DNA of 64,000 nt. Origin: Phycisphaerales bacterium (GTDB lineage Bacteria > Planctomycetota > Phycisphaerae > Phycisphaerales > UBA1924). The notes under the pieces were generated by a model, which saw only the letters and a program-made list of their open reading frames with translations, had not been told where the DNA came from and ran no database searches. A program made the translations under genes and the position numbers. The stretch is from positions 271,634 through 335,633 of the forward strand of contig JBDIVY010000001.1 of assembly GCA_039794165.1 (NCBI GenBank), in the 5' to 3' direction. Positions 7,843 through 16,060 of this stretch are shown here, piece after piece (position 1 is the stretch's first letter; each line of letters opens with the position of its first letter).

Positions 7843-8826
7843 ATGATCGACTCCCACGGCCGCACAATCCGCGACCTGCGCCTCAGTCTCACCGACCGCT
7901 GCAACTTCCGCTGCGTCTACTGCCTCGAGCCGGACGCCCGCTTCATGCGCCGCCTCGACCTGCTCACGGACGACGAGATCGTCCGCGTCGCCGCCTCGTG
8001 CGTCCGCCTCGGGGTCGAGAAGATCCGCCTCACCGGCGGCGAGCCGACGCTCCATCCGCGCCTCACCTCCGTCATCGCAGGCATCTCCGCGCTCGGCGTC
8101 TCAGACCTCGCGTTGACGACGAACGGCACGCGCCTCGCACCGGCAGACCTCGCCGAGTGGCGAGCCGCAGGACTCGCGCGCATCACCGTCAGCCTCGACA
8201 GCGTCCGGCCCGACCGCTTCGCCGCGATGACGCGCTCCCGAACCACGCCAGCGCAGGTGATCGAAGGCCTCCGCCGCGCGATCGACGCGGGGTTCGCACC
8301 CGTGAAGATCAACGCCGTCCTCATGCGCGGCCTCAACGACGACGAGATTGTTCCTCTCGCCGCCCTTGCCCGCGACCTCGGCGTCGAGATGCGCTTCATC
8401 GAGTTCATGCCCCTCGACGACGCCCGCGGCTGGGACCGCTCCCTCGTCGTCCCCGCGTCCGAAACGCTCGACCGAATCATCGCGAGGTGGCCCCTCGTCC
8501 CGGAGGGCCGCGACTCCGACTCCGCAACCTCTCTCAACTTCGTCTTCGCCGACGGCGCGCCCGGACGCATCGGCCTCATCGCACCCGTGACTCGCCCCTT
8601 CTGCGGGCAATGCAGCCGACTGCGCATCACCGCCGACGGCAAGGTCCGGCCCTGCCTCTTCAGCACGCAGGAGTGGGACCTGCGGCCGCTGCTGAGAGAG
8701 CGTGCGACCGACGCCGAGATCGACCGATTCCTTGCCGACGCCACGTGGACGAAGCAGGTCGGCCACGGCATCGATTCCGCCGCCTTCCGTCAGCCCGATC
8801 GCACGATGTCCGCCATTGGCGGATAG
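7843..8826 (+). CDS. moaA: GTP 3',8-cyclase MoaA (radical SAM)
   Basis: LRLSLTDRCNFRCVYCL contains the CxxxCxxC motif. The C-terminal cluster region CGQCSRLRITADGKVRPCLF is present and the protein ends in GG. The track start is GTG 7747. ATG 7843 gives an N-terminus matching E. coli MoaA spacing. Confidence 0.9.
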   Translation: MIDSHGRTIRDLRLSLTDRCNFRCVYCLEPDARFMRRLDLLTDDEIVRVAASCVRLGVEKIRLTGGEPTLHPRLTSVIAGISALGVSDLALTTNGTRLAPADLAEWRAAGLARITVSLDSVRPDRFAAMTRSRTTPAQVIEGLRRAIDAGFAPVKINAVLMRGLNDDEIVPLAALARDLGVEMRFIEFMPLDDARGWDRSLVVPASETLDRIIARWPLVPEGRDSDSATSLNFVFADGAPGRIGLIAPVTRPFCGQCSRLRITADGKVRPCLFSTQEWDLRPLLRERATDAEIDRFLADATWTKQVGHGIDSAAFRQPDRTMSAIGG

Positions 8827-8865
8827 TTCGCCCGCCTCCGCCGGTGGAGCGGGCTTCCCGCCCGC

Positions 8866-9459
8866 TCACAACTCGGCCTGATCGCTCCCACCCGCCCGCT
8901 CAAAGTCCTCAAGCGTGTTCACGTTCACCACCTCCGTCGCCGGCAGCGAGATCGTGGCCCATCCTTCACGCTCGATCAGGCGCCAGAGGTCAAGCCTGCC
9001 CTCCGAAACGGTGCTCCGCAGCACGTCAGCACACGCCGGCCGATACACCCCAAAGCACGGCTCCGGTCTCGCTGCCGCGCCGACCACCGCCGCGGCCGTC
9101 GGGTTTGCCGCCGCAGCGTCGAGCACCGCCCGAACTCCTGAAGCCGTCACGCCCGGCAGGTCCCCCGACAGCACGAACACCGCGCACCCGAACACATCCA
9201 GCGCGGTCAGAATCCCGCCGATCGGCCCGCAGCCCGGAAACCCGTCCGCCAACTGCGAATCTCCCCGCGAGGCGACCGCCGGATCGCAGTCACCCACCAG
9301 CGCGACGCTCGGCCCGAACACCGCCCGCAGCGCGGCGATCGGCCGATCAACCAGCAGCCCCCCCCCGACCGGCTCGCGCAACTTGTCCCGCCCGAACCGG
9401 CGGCTCCGCCCGCCCACCAGCACGACGGGCTGCACGCGCTCGACCACCTCAGTCTCCAT
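8866..9459 (-). CDS. mobA: Molybdenum cofactor guanylyltransferase MobA
   Basis: VVLVGGRSRRFGRDK (the LAGG-x-S-x-R-x-G-x-DK type motif), FPGCGPIGGILTAL, VLSGDLP. Convergent with moaA. Confidence 0.8.
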   Translation of the reverse strand: METEVVERVQPVVLVGGRSRRFGRDKLREPVGGGLLVDRPIAALRAVFGPSVALVGDCDPAVASRGDSQLADGFPGCGPIGGILTALDVFGCAVFVLSGDLPGVTASGVRAVLDAAAANPTAAAVVGAAARPEPCFGVYRPACADVLRSTVSEGRLDLWRLIEREGWATISLPATEVVNVNTLEDFERAGGSDQAEL

Positions 9460-9994
9460 GCACGACCACACGCCCGTTCCCGGGCTTCGCGTCCGCGCGC
9501 CCGTCGTCCTGCACCTCGCCCCGCAGCGTCTCCACCGCGTGCGGCAGCACGTCCAGCAACGCCCCCAACTGCTCCGTCGCTCCCCGCACCGACCCAGGCA
9601 GCGTCAGGATCAGCGTGCGCCCCGCTACCCCGGCCACGCCGCGCGAAAGATACGCCCGCGGCGTGATGCTCATGCAGCGCGCCCGCGCCAACTCCATCAG
9701 ACCCGCGTGCGGCCTCTCGATCACCCGCATCGCCGCTTCCGGCGTCACGTCCCGCGGCGCGAGGCCCGTCCCGCCTGTAGTCACCACCAGGTCGATCCGC
9801 CGGTCCGGCTCGGCCCAGCCGCGCAGCGCACGCTCGATCCGCTCAACCTCATCCGGCACGCACCCCGTCTCCACGATCTCCGACCCGAGACGCTCGCGCA
9901 GCATGGCCGCGAGCGCGGGGCCTGAAATATCCTCGGCCTCGCCGCGTGAGCACCGGTCGCTCACCGTCAGGACCGCGGCCCGGATCGCGATCAT
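9449..9994 (-). CDS. mog: Molybdopterin adenylyltransferase, MogA/MoaB family
   Basis: AVLTVSDRCSRGEAEDISGPAL and DLVVTTGGTGLAPRDVTPEA, typical of the MoCF-biosynthesis domain. The start overlaps the moaC stop (ATGA). Confidence 0.85.
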   Translation of the reverse strand: MIAIRAAVLTVSDRCSRGEAEDISGPALAAMLRERLGSEIVETGCVPDEVERIERALRGWAEPDRRIDLVVTTGGTGLAPRDVTPEAAMRVIERPHAGLMELARARCMSITPRAYLSRGVAGVAGRTLILTLPGSVRGATEQLGALLDVLPHAVETLRGEVQDDGRADAKPGNGRVVVHGD

Positions 9995-10461
9995 CGCGCG
10001 CCCTCCGCCCGGTAGTGCCCGCTCCGCCCGCCCCATTTCTCGACCACGCGCAGCCCCTCGACCACCATCCCGCGATCGACCGCCTTGCCCATGTCGATGA
10101 CGGTCAGCGCGGCCGCCGCCGCCGCCGCCAGCGCCTCCATCTCAACGCCCGTCCGCCCGTGCGTGCGAACCTCCGTGGTGATTCGCACGCCGCTCTCGAC
10201 CACCTCGACCGACACCTCGGCGTGGTCCAGCGGCAACTGGTGGCACAGCGGGATCAGGTCCGATGTCCGCTTGGCCGCCATGATCCCCGCGAGCCGAGCC
10301 ACGTCGCGCACGCTCCCCTTGCCCAGCGCATCGTCCCGAATCAACCCCACGAGGGCGGGCGACATGCGCACGAACGCCTCAGCCCGCGCGCCGCGTGCGG
10401 TGATCGCCTTCTCGCCCACGTCCACCATCCGCGGCCGGCCGTCCGCGCCGACGTGCGTCAT
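9991..10461 (-). CDS. moaC: Cyclic pyranopterin monophosphate synthase MoaC
   Basis: MTHVGADGRPRMVDVGEKAITARGARAEAFV...IPLCHQLPL...GVEMEALAAAAAAALTVIDMGKA aligns with E. coli MoaC. The longer track ORF (to 10998) overlaps moeA and is rejected. Confidence 0.9.
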   Translation of the reverse strand: MTHVGADGRPRMVDVGEKAITARGARAEAFVRMSPALVGLIRDDALGKGSVRDVARLAGIMAAKRTSDLIPLCHQLPLDHAEVSVEVVESGVRITTEVRTHGRTGVEMEALAAAAAAALTVIDMGKAVDRGMVVEGLRVVEKWGGRSGHYRAEGAR

Positions 10462-10484
10462 CCCCGAGTGATCCGTGTCGTCCT

Positions 10485-11708
10485 TCACGCCGCGCCTCCC
10501 GCCAGCCTCCAACCGTAGAACGGCCACGGCCCCGGGCCGCTCTCGCCCGGGGGCAACTCCACAAACCCGTCGCTCTGCGCCGCCGCGATCACGTCCCCCG
10601 AGCCTCTCGTCGAGACCCGCTCCGCCCTCCCCGGCGCGGTCAGCCGCACGAGTCGATGCAGCCACAGCGGAATCACACGCTCCCGCTCGCCCTCGATCGT
10701 CAGCGTGCCATCCGGACCGCCACGCCGGTCCAGCCCCGCAAGTCTTGCCAGCGCGGGCGCGCCGAACCGCCGAGCCGTCACCATCACCGAAACCGGGTTC
10801 CCCGGCAGCGCAAGCACCGCTCGCCCGCGCCGCCCGACACCCGCCAGCAACGGCTTCCCAGGCCGCTGCGCCACCCGATGGAACACGCGTTCCACGCCGA
10901 GCGACTCCAACACCGAAGGCACGAAGTCCCGATGCCCCATCGACACGCCGCCCGACACGAGCACGGCGTCGGCGGCGTCCAGCGCGCGTCCCAGGCACGC
11001 ACGCAATGACGCTTCCTCATCCGCACTCCGCTCGGACGAGACGAGCGCAAGCCACGGCACGCCCGCCACAAACGCCGACAGCGCGGACGAGTTCGAGTCA
11101 CGCAACTGCCACGCCTCAACCGACTCCTCCGGCGGCACGATCTCGTCGCCCGTCGCCACGATCGCCACGCGCACCAGCCGCCGCACCCGCGGCGATGCCA
11201 CGCCGAACGCGGCCAGCGCGCCCGCAACCGGCGGCGTGATCTCGCATCCCGCCCGCGCGAACACCGTCCCCGAAGGCCCGTTCTCCCCCTGCCGCCGGAT
11301 GTTCTCGCCTTCCTTCAGGCGAGCGATCAGGTCCGCGCCGACCTCGATCCACCCCGCCCCTTCCGCCACGTCCTCACGCCGAAGCACGGCCGTCGCGCCG
11401 CCGGGCACCGGCGCGCCCGTCACGATCCGCGCCCCGTGCCCCTCGGGCAGCGTCGCGGGCGGCCGACCGATCGCCGCCTCGTCCTTCACGCCGATCCGCC
11501 CCGGTCGCAGCCGCGCAAGATCCAGCGCGTACCCGTCCATCGCGCTCACCGCGAGCGCGGGGCTGGGCCGATCTGTCGCCGCATCCTCCGCAAGCACGCG
11601 GCCCGCGGCGTCGCGCAGCCCCACGCGTTCCACCCCAACCGGGGACAGTCGCTCCAGCAGCGTTCGCAGCGCGTCGCCCGGCGACGGCAGACCATCACCC
11701 CCGTTCAT
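10485..11708 (-). CDS. moeA: Molybdopterin molybdenumtransferase MoeA
   Basis: SAMDGYAL, IVTGAPVP, VAIVATGDEI, RDSNS, VLVSGGVSMGHRDF and PGKPLL...LPGNPVS motifs. ATG 11708 overlaps the upstream stop (ATGA). Confidence 0.9.
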   Translation of the reverse strand: MNGGDGLPSPGDALRTLLERLSPVGVERVGLRDAAGRVLAEDAATDRPSPALAVSAMDGYALDLARLRPGRIGVKDEAAIGRPPATLPEGHGARIVTGAPVPGGATAVLRREDVAEGAGWIEVGADLIARLKEGENIRRQGENGPSGTVFARAGCEITPPVAGALAAFGVASPRVRRLVRVAIVATGDEIVPPEESVEAWQLRDSNSSALSAFVAGVPWLALVSSERSADEEASLRACLGRALDAADAVLVSGGVSMGHRDFVPSVLESLGVERVFHRVAQRPGKPLLAGVGRRGRAVLALPGNPVSVMVTARRFGAPALARLAGLDRRGGPDGTLTIEGERERVIPLWLHRLVRLTAPGRAERVSTRGSGDVIAAAQSDGFVELPPGESGPGPWPFYGWRLAGGAA

Positions 11709-12067
11709 CGCCCCTTCTTCCGCTTCTCCCCGCCCTTGCCCTTCTTGCCGTCCTTCTTCTCCTTCGCCACCTCGTCCTCCACCCACCCCCGATTGCGCAT
11801 CATCGGCGGGAAGCCGATCGTCGGCGCGCACAGATGGGCGACGTGCATCAGGTCGTCTGCCGTCCACCCCGCCGCGAGCGCCTTGCGGCAGTGCGAGTGC
11901 GCCGCCCCCTCCAGCCCAGCGCCCAGCGAGATCGCCAGTTTGACCAGCGCGATGGTCTTCGTGTCCAGCGGCCCCGCGTTCGCGCACGCTTCGCCGAAAC
12001 GCTCGTACGCCCCGAGCAGTTCCGGTTGCTCCTTGCCGATCCTTCTATACGCCGAGGGGAGGCTCAT
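11705..12067 (-). CDS. Carboxymuconolactone decarboxylase / AhpD-like family protein with a Lys-rich tail
   Basis: FGEACANAGPLDTKTIALVKLAISLGAGLEGAAHSHCRKALAAGWTADDL resembles the CMD/AhpD fold. The C-terminus is AKEKKDGKKGKGGEKRKKGR. This is the first gene of the minus-strand Moco operon. Confidence 0.7.
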   Translation of the reverse strand: MSLPSAYRRIGKEQPELLGAYERFGEACANAGPLDTKTIALVKLAISLGAGLEGAAHSHCRKALAAGWTADDLMHVAHLCAPTIGFPPMMRNRGWVEDEVAKEKKDGKKGKGGEKRKKGR

Positions 12068-12142
12068 GCCGGGTTCTCCTGGGAGTGTGAACGGTGCGAC
12101 GCCGCGATCGTCCCCGGACCGTTCACCTTATACACTCCGGGT

Positions 12143-12388
12143 GTGGACGTCGCCGTTTTGCTCTTCGGTCCCGCCGCAGCCGCCGCGGGTTCGTCCACAA
12201 TTGCCCTCCGAGCCGCCTCGAACCCGACCATCGCCTCGCTCACGCCTCTCCTGCGCGACGCCTGCCCCGCCATCGCTCCCTTGCTCCCCAGCCTGCGCTT
12301 CGCCCTCAACGGCGAGTTCGTCACCCCGGAGGCGGTCGTCCGACCCGGCGATGAAGTCGCCCTGATCGGTCTGGTTTCGGGGGGATGA
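12143..12388 (+). CDS. moaD: Molybdopterin synthase sulfur-carrier subunit MoaD
   Basis: An 81-aa product ending ...RPGDEVALIGLVSGG, with the diagnostic C-terminal Gly-Gly. The stop overlaps the moaE start (ATGA). GTG start was chosen by length match to E. coli MoaD. No clear Shine-Dalgarno sequence. Confidence 0.75.
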   Translation: MDVAVLLFGPAAAAAGSSTIALRAASNPTIASLTPLLRDACPAIAPLLPSLRFALNGEFVTPEAVVRPGDEVALIGLVSGG

Positions 12389-12774
12389 TGCCAATCAGCA
12401 TCCAGATCACGGACGGCCCGCTCGGAGCACGCACGCCGGAGCAGCACCTGCCCGGCTGCGGCGCGGCCGTCGTCTTCGAAGGCATCGTCAGGCCGACCGA
12501 GCACGGCGTCACGATCGACGGCCTGCACTACGAAACCTACGAGCCGATGGCCCAGCGCCAGATGCACACCATCGCCGCCGACCTCGTGCAGCGCCTCGGC
12601 CTGCTCCGAATCAGCGTCGAGCACAGCCGCGGCTTCGTGCCGGTGGGGGGGTGCTCCTTCCGCCTCGTCATCGTCTCCGCACACCGACGCGAGGCCCTCG
12701 ACGCCATGGACGAGTTCATCGATCGCCTCAAGCGCGATGTCCCGATCTGGAAACGCGCCGCGCTCACGCCCTGA
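12385..12774 (+). CDS. moaE: Molybdopterin synthase catalytic subunit MoaE
   Basis: GAAVVFEGIVR...LHYETYEPMA...SHRREALDAMDEFIDRLKRDVPIWK, typical of MoaE. Confidence 0.88.
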   Translation: MMPISIQITDGPLGARTPEQHLPGCGAAVVFEGIVRPTEHGVTIDGLHYETYEPMAQRQMHTIAADLVQRLGLLRISVEHSRGFVPVGGCSFRLVIVSAHRREALDAMDEFIDRLKRDVPIWKRAALTP

Positions 12775-13542
12775 TCAGCCGGGCACGATCAGTTTCACCC
12801 CCGCCACGACCAGCACGACAGCCAGCAGCCGCTTGAGAACCGTCGAGGGCAGCCTCCACGCCCCGAAGTACGAACCGACCGACCCGCCCGCAACCGCCCC
12901 AACGGCCCAGAGCCATCCCCAGCGGACGAGTTCCTCGGGGATCGCGCGTGTCGAGAGCAGCACCCCCACCAGCCCCGAGATCGAGTTCAACAGAATGAAC
13001 GCCGCCGACACGGCCGCCGTGCGCTTTGCCGTCGCCCACCCGCAGAGCAGCAGGATCGGGCTGAGAAAGATGCCGCCGCCCGTGCCCGACAGCCCCGAAA
13101 GCAGCCCAAGCCCCGCCCCAACCGCGACCGCAAGCCCGATCCGCGGCCCGCATGGCTCACGCTCCGCACTCTCCACCCTCGCACCGCGCCGAGCGAACAC
13201 GAGCCTCCACGCGGAGTAGAGCAGGATCGCCCCGATCAGCGGCCGGTAGTACGAACCCGGCAGCGTGATCGACCCGCCGACGAACGCCATCGGCGCGGCC
13301 GCCAGCGCGAACGGCCAGAACAACCGCCACGAAAAGTGTCCCGCCCGCGCGAACTGCGCCGTGGCGATCGTCGCCACCAGCACGTTCAGGCTCAGCGACG
13401 TCGGCTTCATCACCTCCGGCGCGATGCCCATCAACGCCATCGCCGCCAGATACCCCGACCCGCCCGCGTGCCCCACCGATGAATACAGCGCAGCGACGAC
13501 GACAAAAAAGGCGAACAGCGCAGTGGCGCCGAGGACGGGCAT
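12775..13542 (-). CDS. TauE/SafE-family (DUF81) anion exporter membrane protein
   Basis: Duplicated hydrophobic halves with VGHAGGSGYL and GTGGGIFLSPILL motifs. About 8 transmembrane helices. Confidence 0.8.
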   Translation of the reverse strand: MPVLGATALFAFFVVVAALYSSVGHAGGSGYLAAMALMGIAPEVMKPTSLSLNVLVATIATAQFARAGHFSWRLFWPFALAAAPMAFVGGSITLPGSYYRPLIGAILLYSAWRLVFARRGARVESAEREPCGPRIGLAVAVGAGLGLLSGLSGTGGGIFLSPILLLCGWATAKRTAAVSAAFILLNSISGLVGVLLSTRAIPEELVRWGWLWAVGAVAGGSVGSYFGAWRLPSTVLKRLLAVVLVVAGVKLIVPG

Positions 13543-13590
13543 GGTCCGCGAGTGTACCCGATGCCGCGCGCCACGCCCGTCGGCTCCGGG

Positions 13591-15840
13591 TTACGGACAG
13601 CCCGCCACGAACGCGTTGAGGAACACGAGGAAGTCCAGCGTATCGACCTTCGTGTCCCCGTTGAGGTCAGGGTTTCCGACGTTCGTCGAGCCGGTGAAAT
13701 CGTTCATGAACGCCAGGAAGTCCTGCGTGTTCACCGTCCCGTCGCCGTTGTAGTCCGCGAGGCAGTCGTCGCACTCGACCGCCACCAGCGAGAACCCGTC
13801 CACCCCGGCCTCCACGCTCGAGAAGTCGTTCCACGACGACGCCGAGAAACGAACCCGAACCTGCCCCGAAAGCGGGATGTGCTTGTCCAGTCGCACCGTG
13901 TTCCGCTCCCAGCCCGGCGTGCTCAGGTGCGTCGCGATCTCCACCCACGTCGTCCCGTCGTGGGTCGCATGCACGCGCAGCGGGCTGCTCCCGAGCATCG
14001 TCTGGTGCCACGCCGCATACGACACCTCCGCCGCACCAGCCCCGCTCAGATCGAACGCGGGCGACAGCAGTTCCGTCGGCCCTCCGACCAGCATCTCGCC
14101 GGGCGTCTCGCCCGTCACCCACGCCATGCCCGAGCCGTCGTAGTCCCCCTCCGGCTCAAACCCGTTCGCCGCGACGGGCTGCGTCCGCGCCCAGGCGCCC
14201 GACTGCACGCCCTGGTTCGTCGTCGTCCAGCCGAGGTCCGTCGAGAAGTCATCCTCAAACACCACCGACTCGCCGGTGGCGGCGATGAGCAAGTGGCCTC
14301 CGCCCAGCGACGCGTTCAGCACGTCCGTGTAGAGAAGCCCATCCGTGTCGACCGCCGAGAACCAGAAGTCCGCCTCCTCGTAGCAGTCCATCGACGGGAT
14401 CGACGCGGCGAACACGCCCGCGGTCTCTTCCGTCATCCCGAACTCCGAGGCCGCGCCGTCACGCCGCACGTGCAGCCGCACCGTCGCCGGGTCCAGCGTC
14501 ACGCCCTGCTCCACCACCCCGACGCGCACGGGCATCTCCACGCCCGGACGCGCCATCGTCGGGAGCCCGTCGGGATACTCAAACTGGAGCGAGTCCGTCC
14601 CGATGCGCACCAGGAACAGCCCACGCTCGATGTCGCTGATCGCGATCGTCCCGCTCGGCAGGTACGGGTAGCAACTCCAGGCCCCGTGGTACCCGGCCGC
14701 GTCGCTCTCCGGGTGCGTGTCGAACCACGCGATCTGCTCCGCGTTCTGCGGGTCGCTCACGTCAAAGACGCGCAGCCCGGACAGGTAGTTCGCCTCGTAC
14801 GCCTTCCCCTCATGGATGTACAGATTGTGGTCCGTGCTCGTAGCCCCGCTCGTGAACCAGCCCTTGTACACCGGCGAGCCCGGGTTCTGCACGTCGATCA
14901 CGTGCGTCCGCGTCGTCGGCGCGGGGTTCGGCTCGTCCATCTCGTCGTTGATCAGGAAATACTTGCGGTCCTCGGTCAGCCATCCCTGATGGCAATACCG
15001 CGTCCCGGGGTACTTCACCCCGCCGATCCGCGTCATGCTCGACTTGTTCGTCACGTCCACGACGTCAAGCCCCGCGCTGCCCGTGCAGCAGAACGCGATC
15101 TCCTTCCCGGCGTACGGGCCGTCCGTGTACGTCACGATCTGCGCATCATGGACGTACCGCGTGCTCCAGCTCCCCACGATCTTCGGGTCCGTCGGGTCCG
15201 TCGTGTTCACCGCCACAAGGCCGCCGTTCGCGATGTTGGCCCCGCAGAGGTAGAGGTACCCCGTGTCCGTGTTCGCGGCGATGTTGTGCGTCGAGGAGTG
15301 CCCGTTCTGCGTCTTGTTCTTCACGTGCACAACCGTGCCGCCGTCAACGCCCCGCAGGTCGATCACCTGGATCCCAAGTCCCCCCTCGCTCACCGCGTAC
15401 GCGAAGTCGCCGACCACCTTGATGTCGCGCCACAGGCTCGTCGCCCCGGGCACGTACCCGATCAGCGTCGGCTGCGTCGGGTTCGTCACCTCCAGAACTC
15501 CCGTGCCGCGTCGCAACCCGATCAGGACGTACTCTCGCCCGCTCGCCGACACGTACCCCCAGCAATCGTTCGCCGAGACCTGCGTGTCCGGGAACAGATT
15601 CAGCGGCATCCACGACAGCAGCGTCACGTTGTTCGCGTCAAACTCCGCGATGCGTCCGCCCTGAGGCTTCAGCGGTCCGGTCACCATGGGCCCGTGTACC
15701 GGCACGATCTGATCGACGATCTTGCGGCGGTCGTCGTCCTGCCCCGACGCCACGTGCGGCGTCGCAAGCGGCCCGAGAGTCGCCGCCAGTCCGAATGCCA
15801 GCGCGAACGCGCGAACGCCACACCGATCCTCAACGCCCAT
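13591..15840 (-). CDS. Secreted beta-propeller protein (LVIVD / 'choice-of-anchor B'-like) with a jelly-roll domain and a C-terminal GC-type dockerin-like module
   Basis: Signal peptide AFALAFGLAATLG. NDCWGYVSASGREYVLIG...WRDIKVVGDFAYAVSEGGLGIQVIDL is propeller-like. The C-terminus CLADYNGDGTVNTQDFLAFMN...DLNGDTKVDTLDFLVFLNAFVAGCP is a paired EF-hand/dockerin-like module. Confidence 0.75.
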   Translation of the reverse strand: MGVEDRCGVRAFALAFGLAATLGPLATPHVASGQDDDRRKIVDQIVPVHGPMVTGPLKPQGGRIAEFDANNVTLLSWMPLNLFPDTQVSANDCWGYVSASGREYVLIGLRRGTGVLEVTNPTQPTLIGYVPGATSLWRDIKVVGDFAYAVSEGGLGIQVIDLRGVDGGTVVHVKNKTQNGHSSTHNIAANTDTGYLYLCGANIANGGLVAVNTTDPTDPKIVGSWSTRYVHDAQIVTYTDGPYAGKEIAFCCTGSAGLDVVDVTNKSSMTRIGGVKYPGTRYCHQGWLTEDRKYFLINDEMDEPNPAPTTRTHVIDVQNPGSPVYKGWFTSGATSTDHNLYIHEGKAYEANYLSGLRVFDVSDPQNAEQIAWFDTHPESDAAGYHGAWSCYPYLPSGTIAISDIERGLFLVRIGTDSLQFEYPDGLPTMARPGVEMPVRVGVVEQGVTLDPATVRLHVRRDGAASEFGMTEETAGVFAASIPSMDCYEEADFWFSAVDTDGLLYTDVLNASLGGGHLLIAATGESVVFEDDFSTDLGWTTTNQGVQSGAWARTQPVAANGFEPEGDYDGSGMAWVTGETPGEMLVGGPTELLSPAFDLSGAGAAEVSYAAWHQTMLGSSPLRVHATHDGTTWVEIATHLSTPGWERNTVRLDKHIPLSGQVRVRFSASSWNDFSSVEAGVDGFSLVAVECDDCLADYNGDGTVNTQDFLAFMNDFTGSTNVGNPDLNGDTKVDTLDFLVFLNAFVAGCP

Positions 15841-16060
15841 AGTGCTGCACTCCAGGCCGGATCCCGCCCGGCACGCTCATCAATCTACCACGAAGGCCTC
15901 GCACGCGAAACACCAACGGTCGATAACAGCGCCCAAGGGAAAACCCCCAAGCCATCGCCGGCACGCAATGCGCCCCCCCAACCGGTGCATCTTCATTCGC
16001 GCCACTGGACGGCCGATACCCCTTCCCGGGTCCACGACCAATGGGAGGTGGTGCTGCGCC

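Noticed and set aside
5504-7867. Very long ORFs in the supplied track lie antisense to, or out of frame with, confident genes. Examples: 5504..7867(-) 787 aa opposite tnaA; 13552..16599(+) 1015 aa; 19838..21877(-) 679 aa opposite pilB/pilC; 37797..39788(-) 663 aa; 41211..43388(-) 725 aa opposite pnp; 48502..49776(-) opposite gap; 56581..58887(+) 768 aa opposite the giant gene; 62100..63806(-) opposite the CNNM gene.
   Set aside because: Their translations are dominated by Arg, Pro, Gly and Ala runs with no motifs. This is typical of stop-codon-poor alternative frames in very GC-rich DNA. In each case the opposite or overlapping frame encodes a protein with unmistakable family motifs.
12121-12142. 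A TATACA/TACACT -10-like element about 10 nt upstream of the moaD GTG, suggesting a leaderless transcript.
   Set aside because: No acceptable -35 element lies at 16-18 nt spacing, and a single AT-rich hexamer is insufficient evidence.
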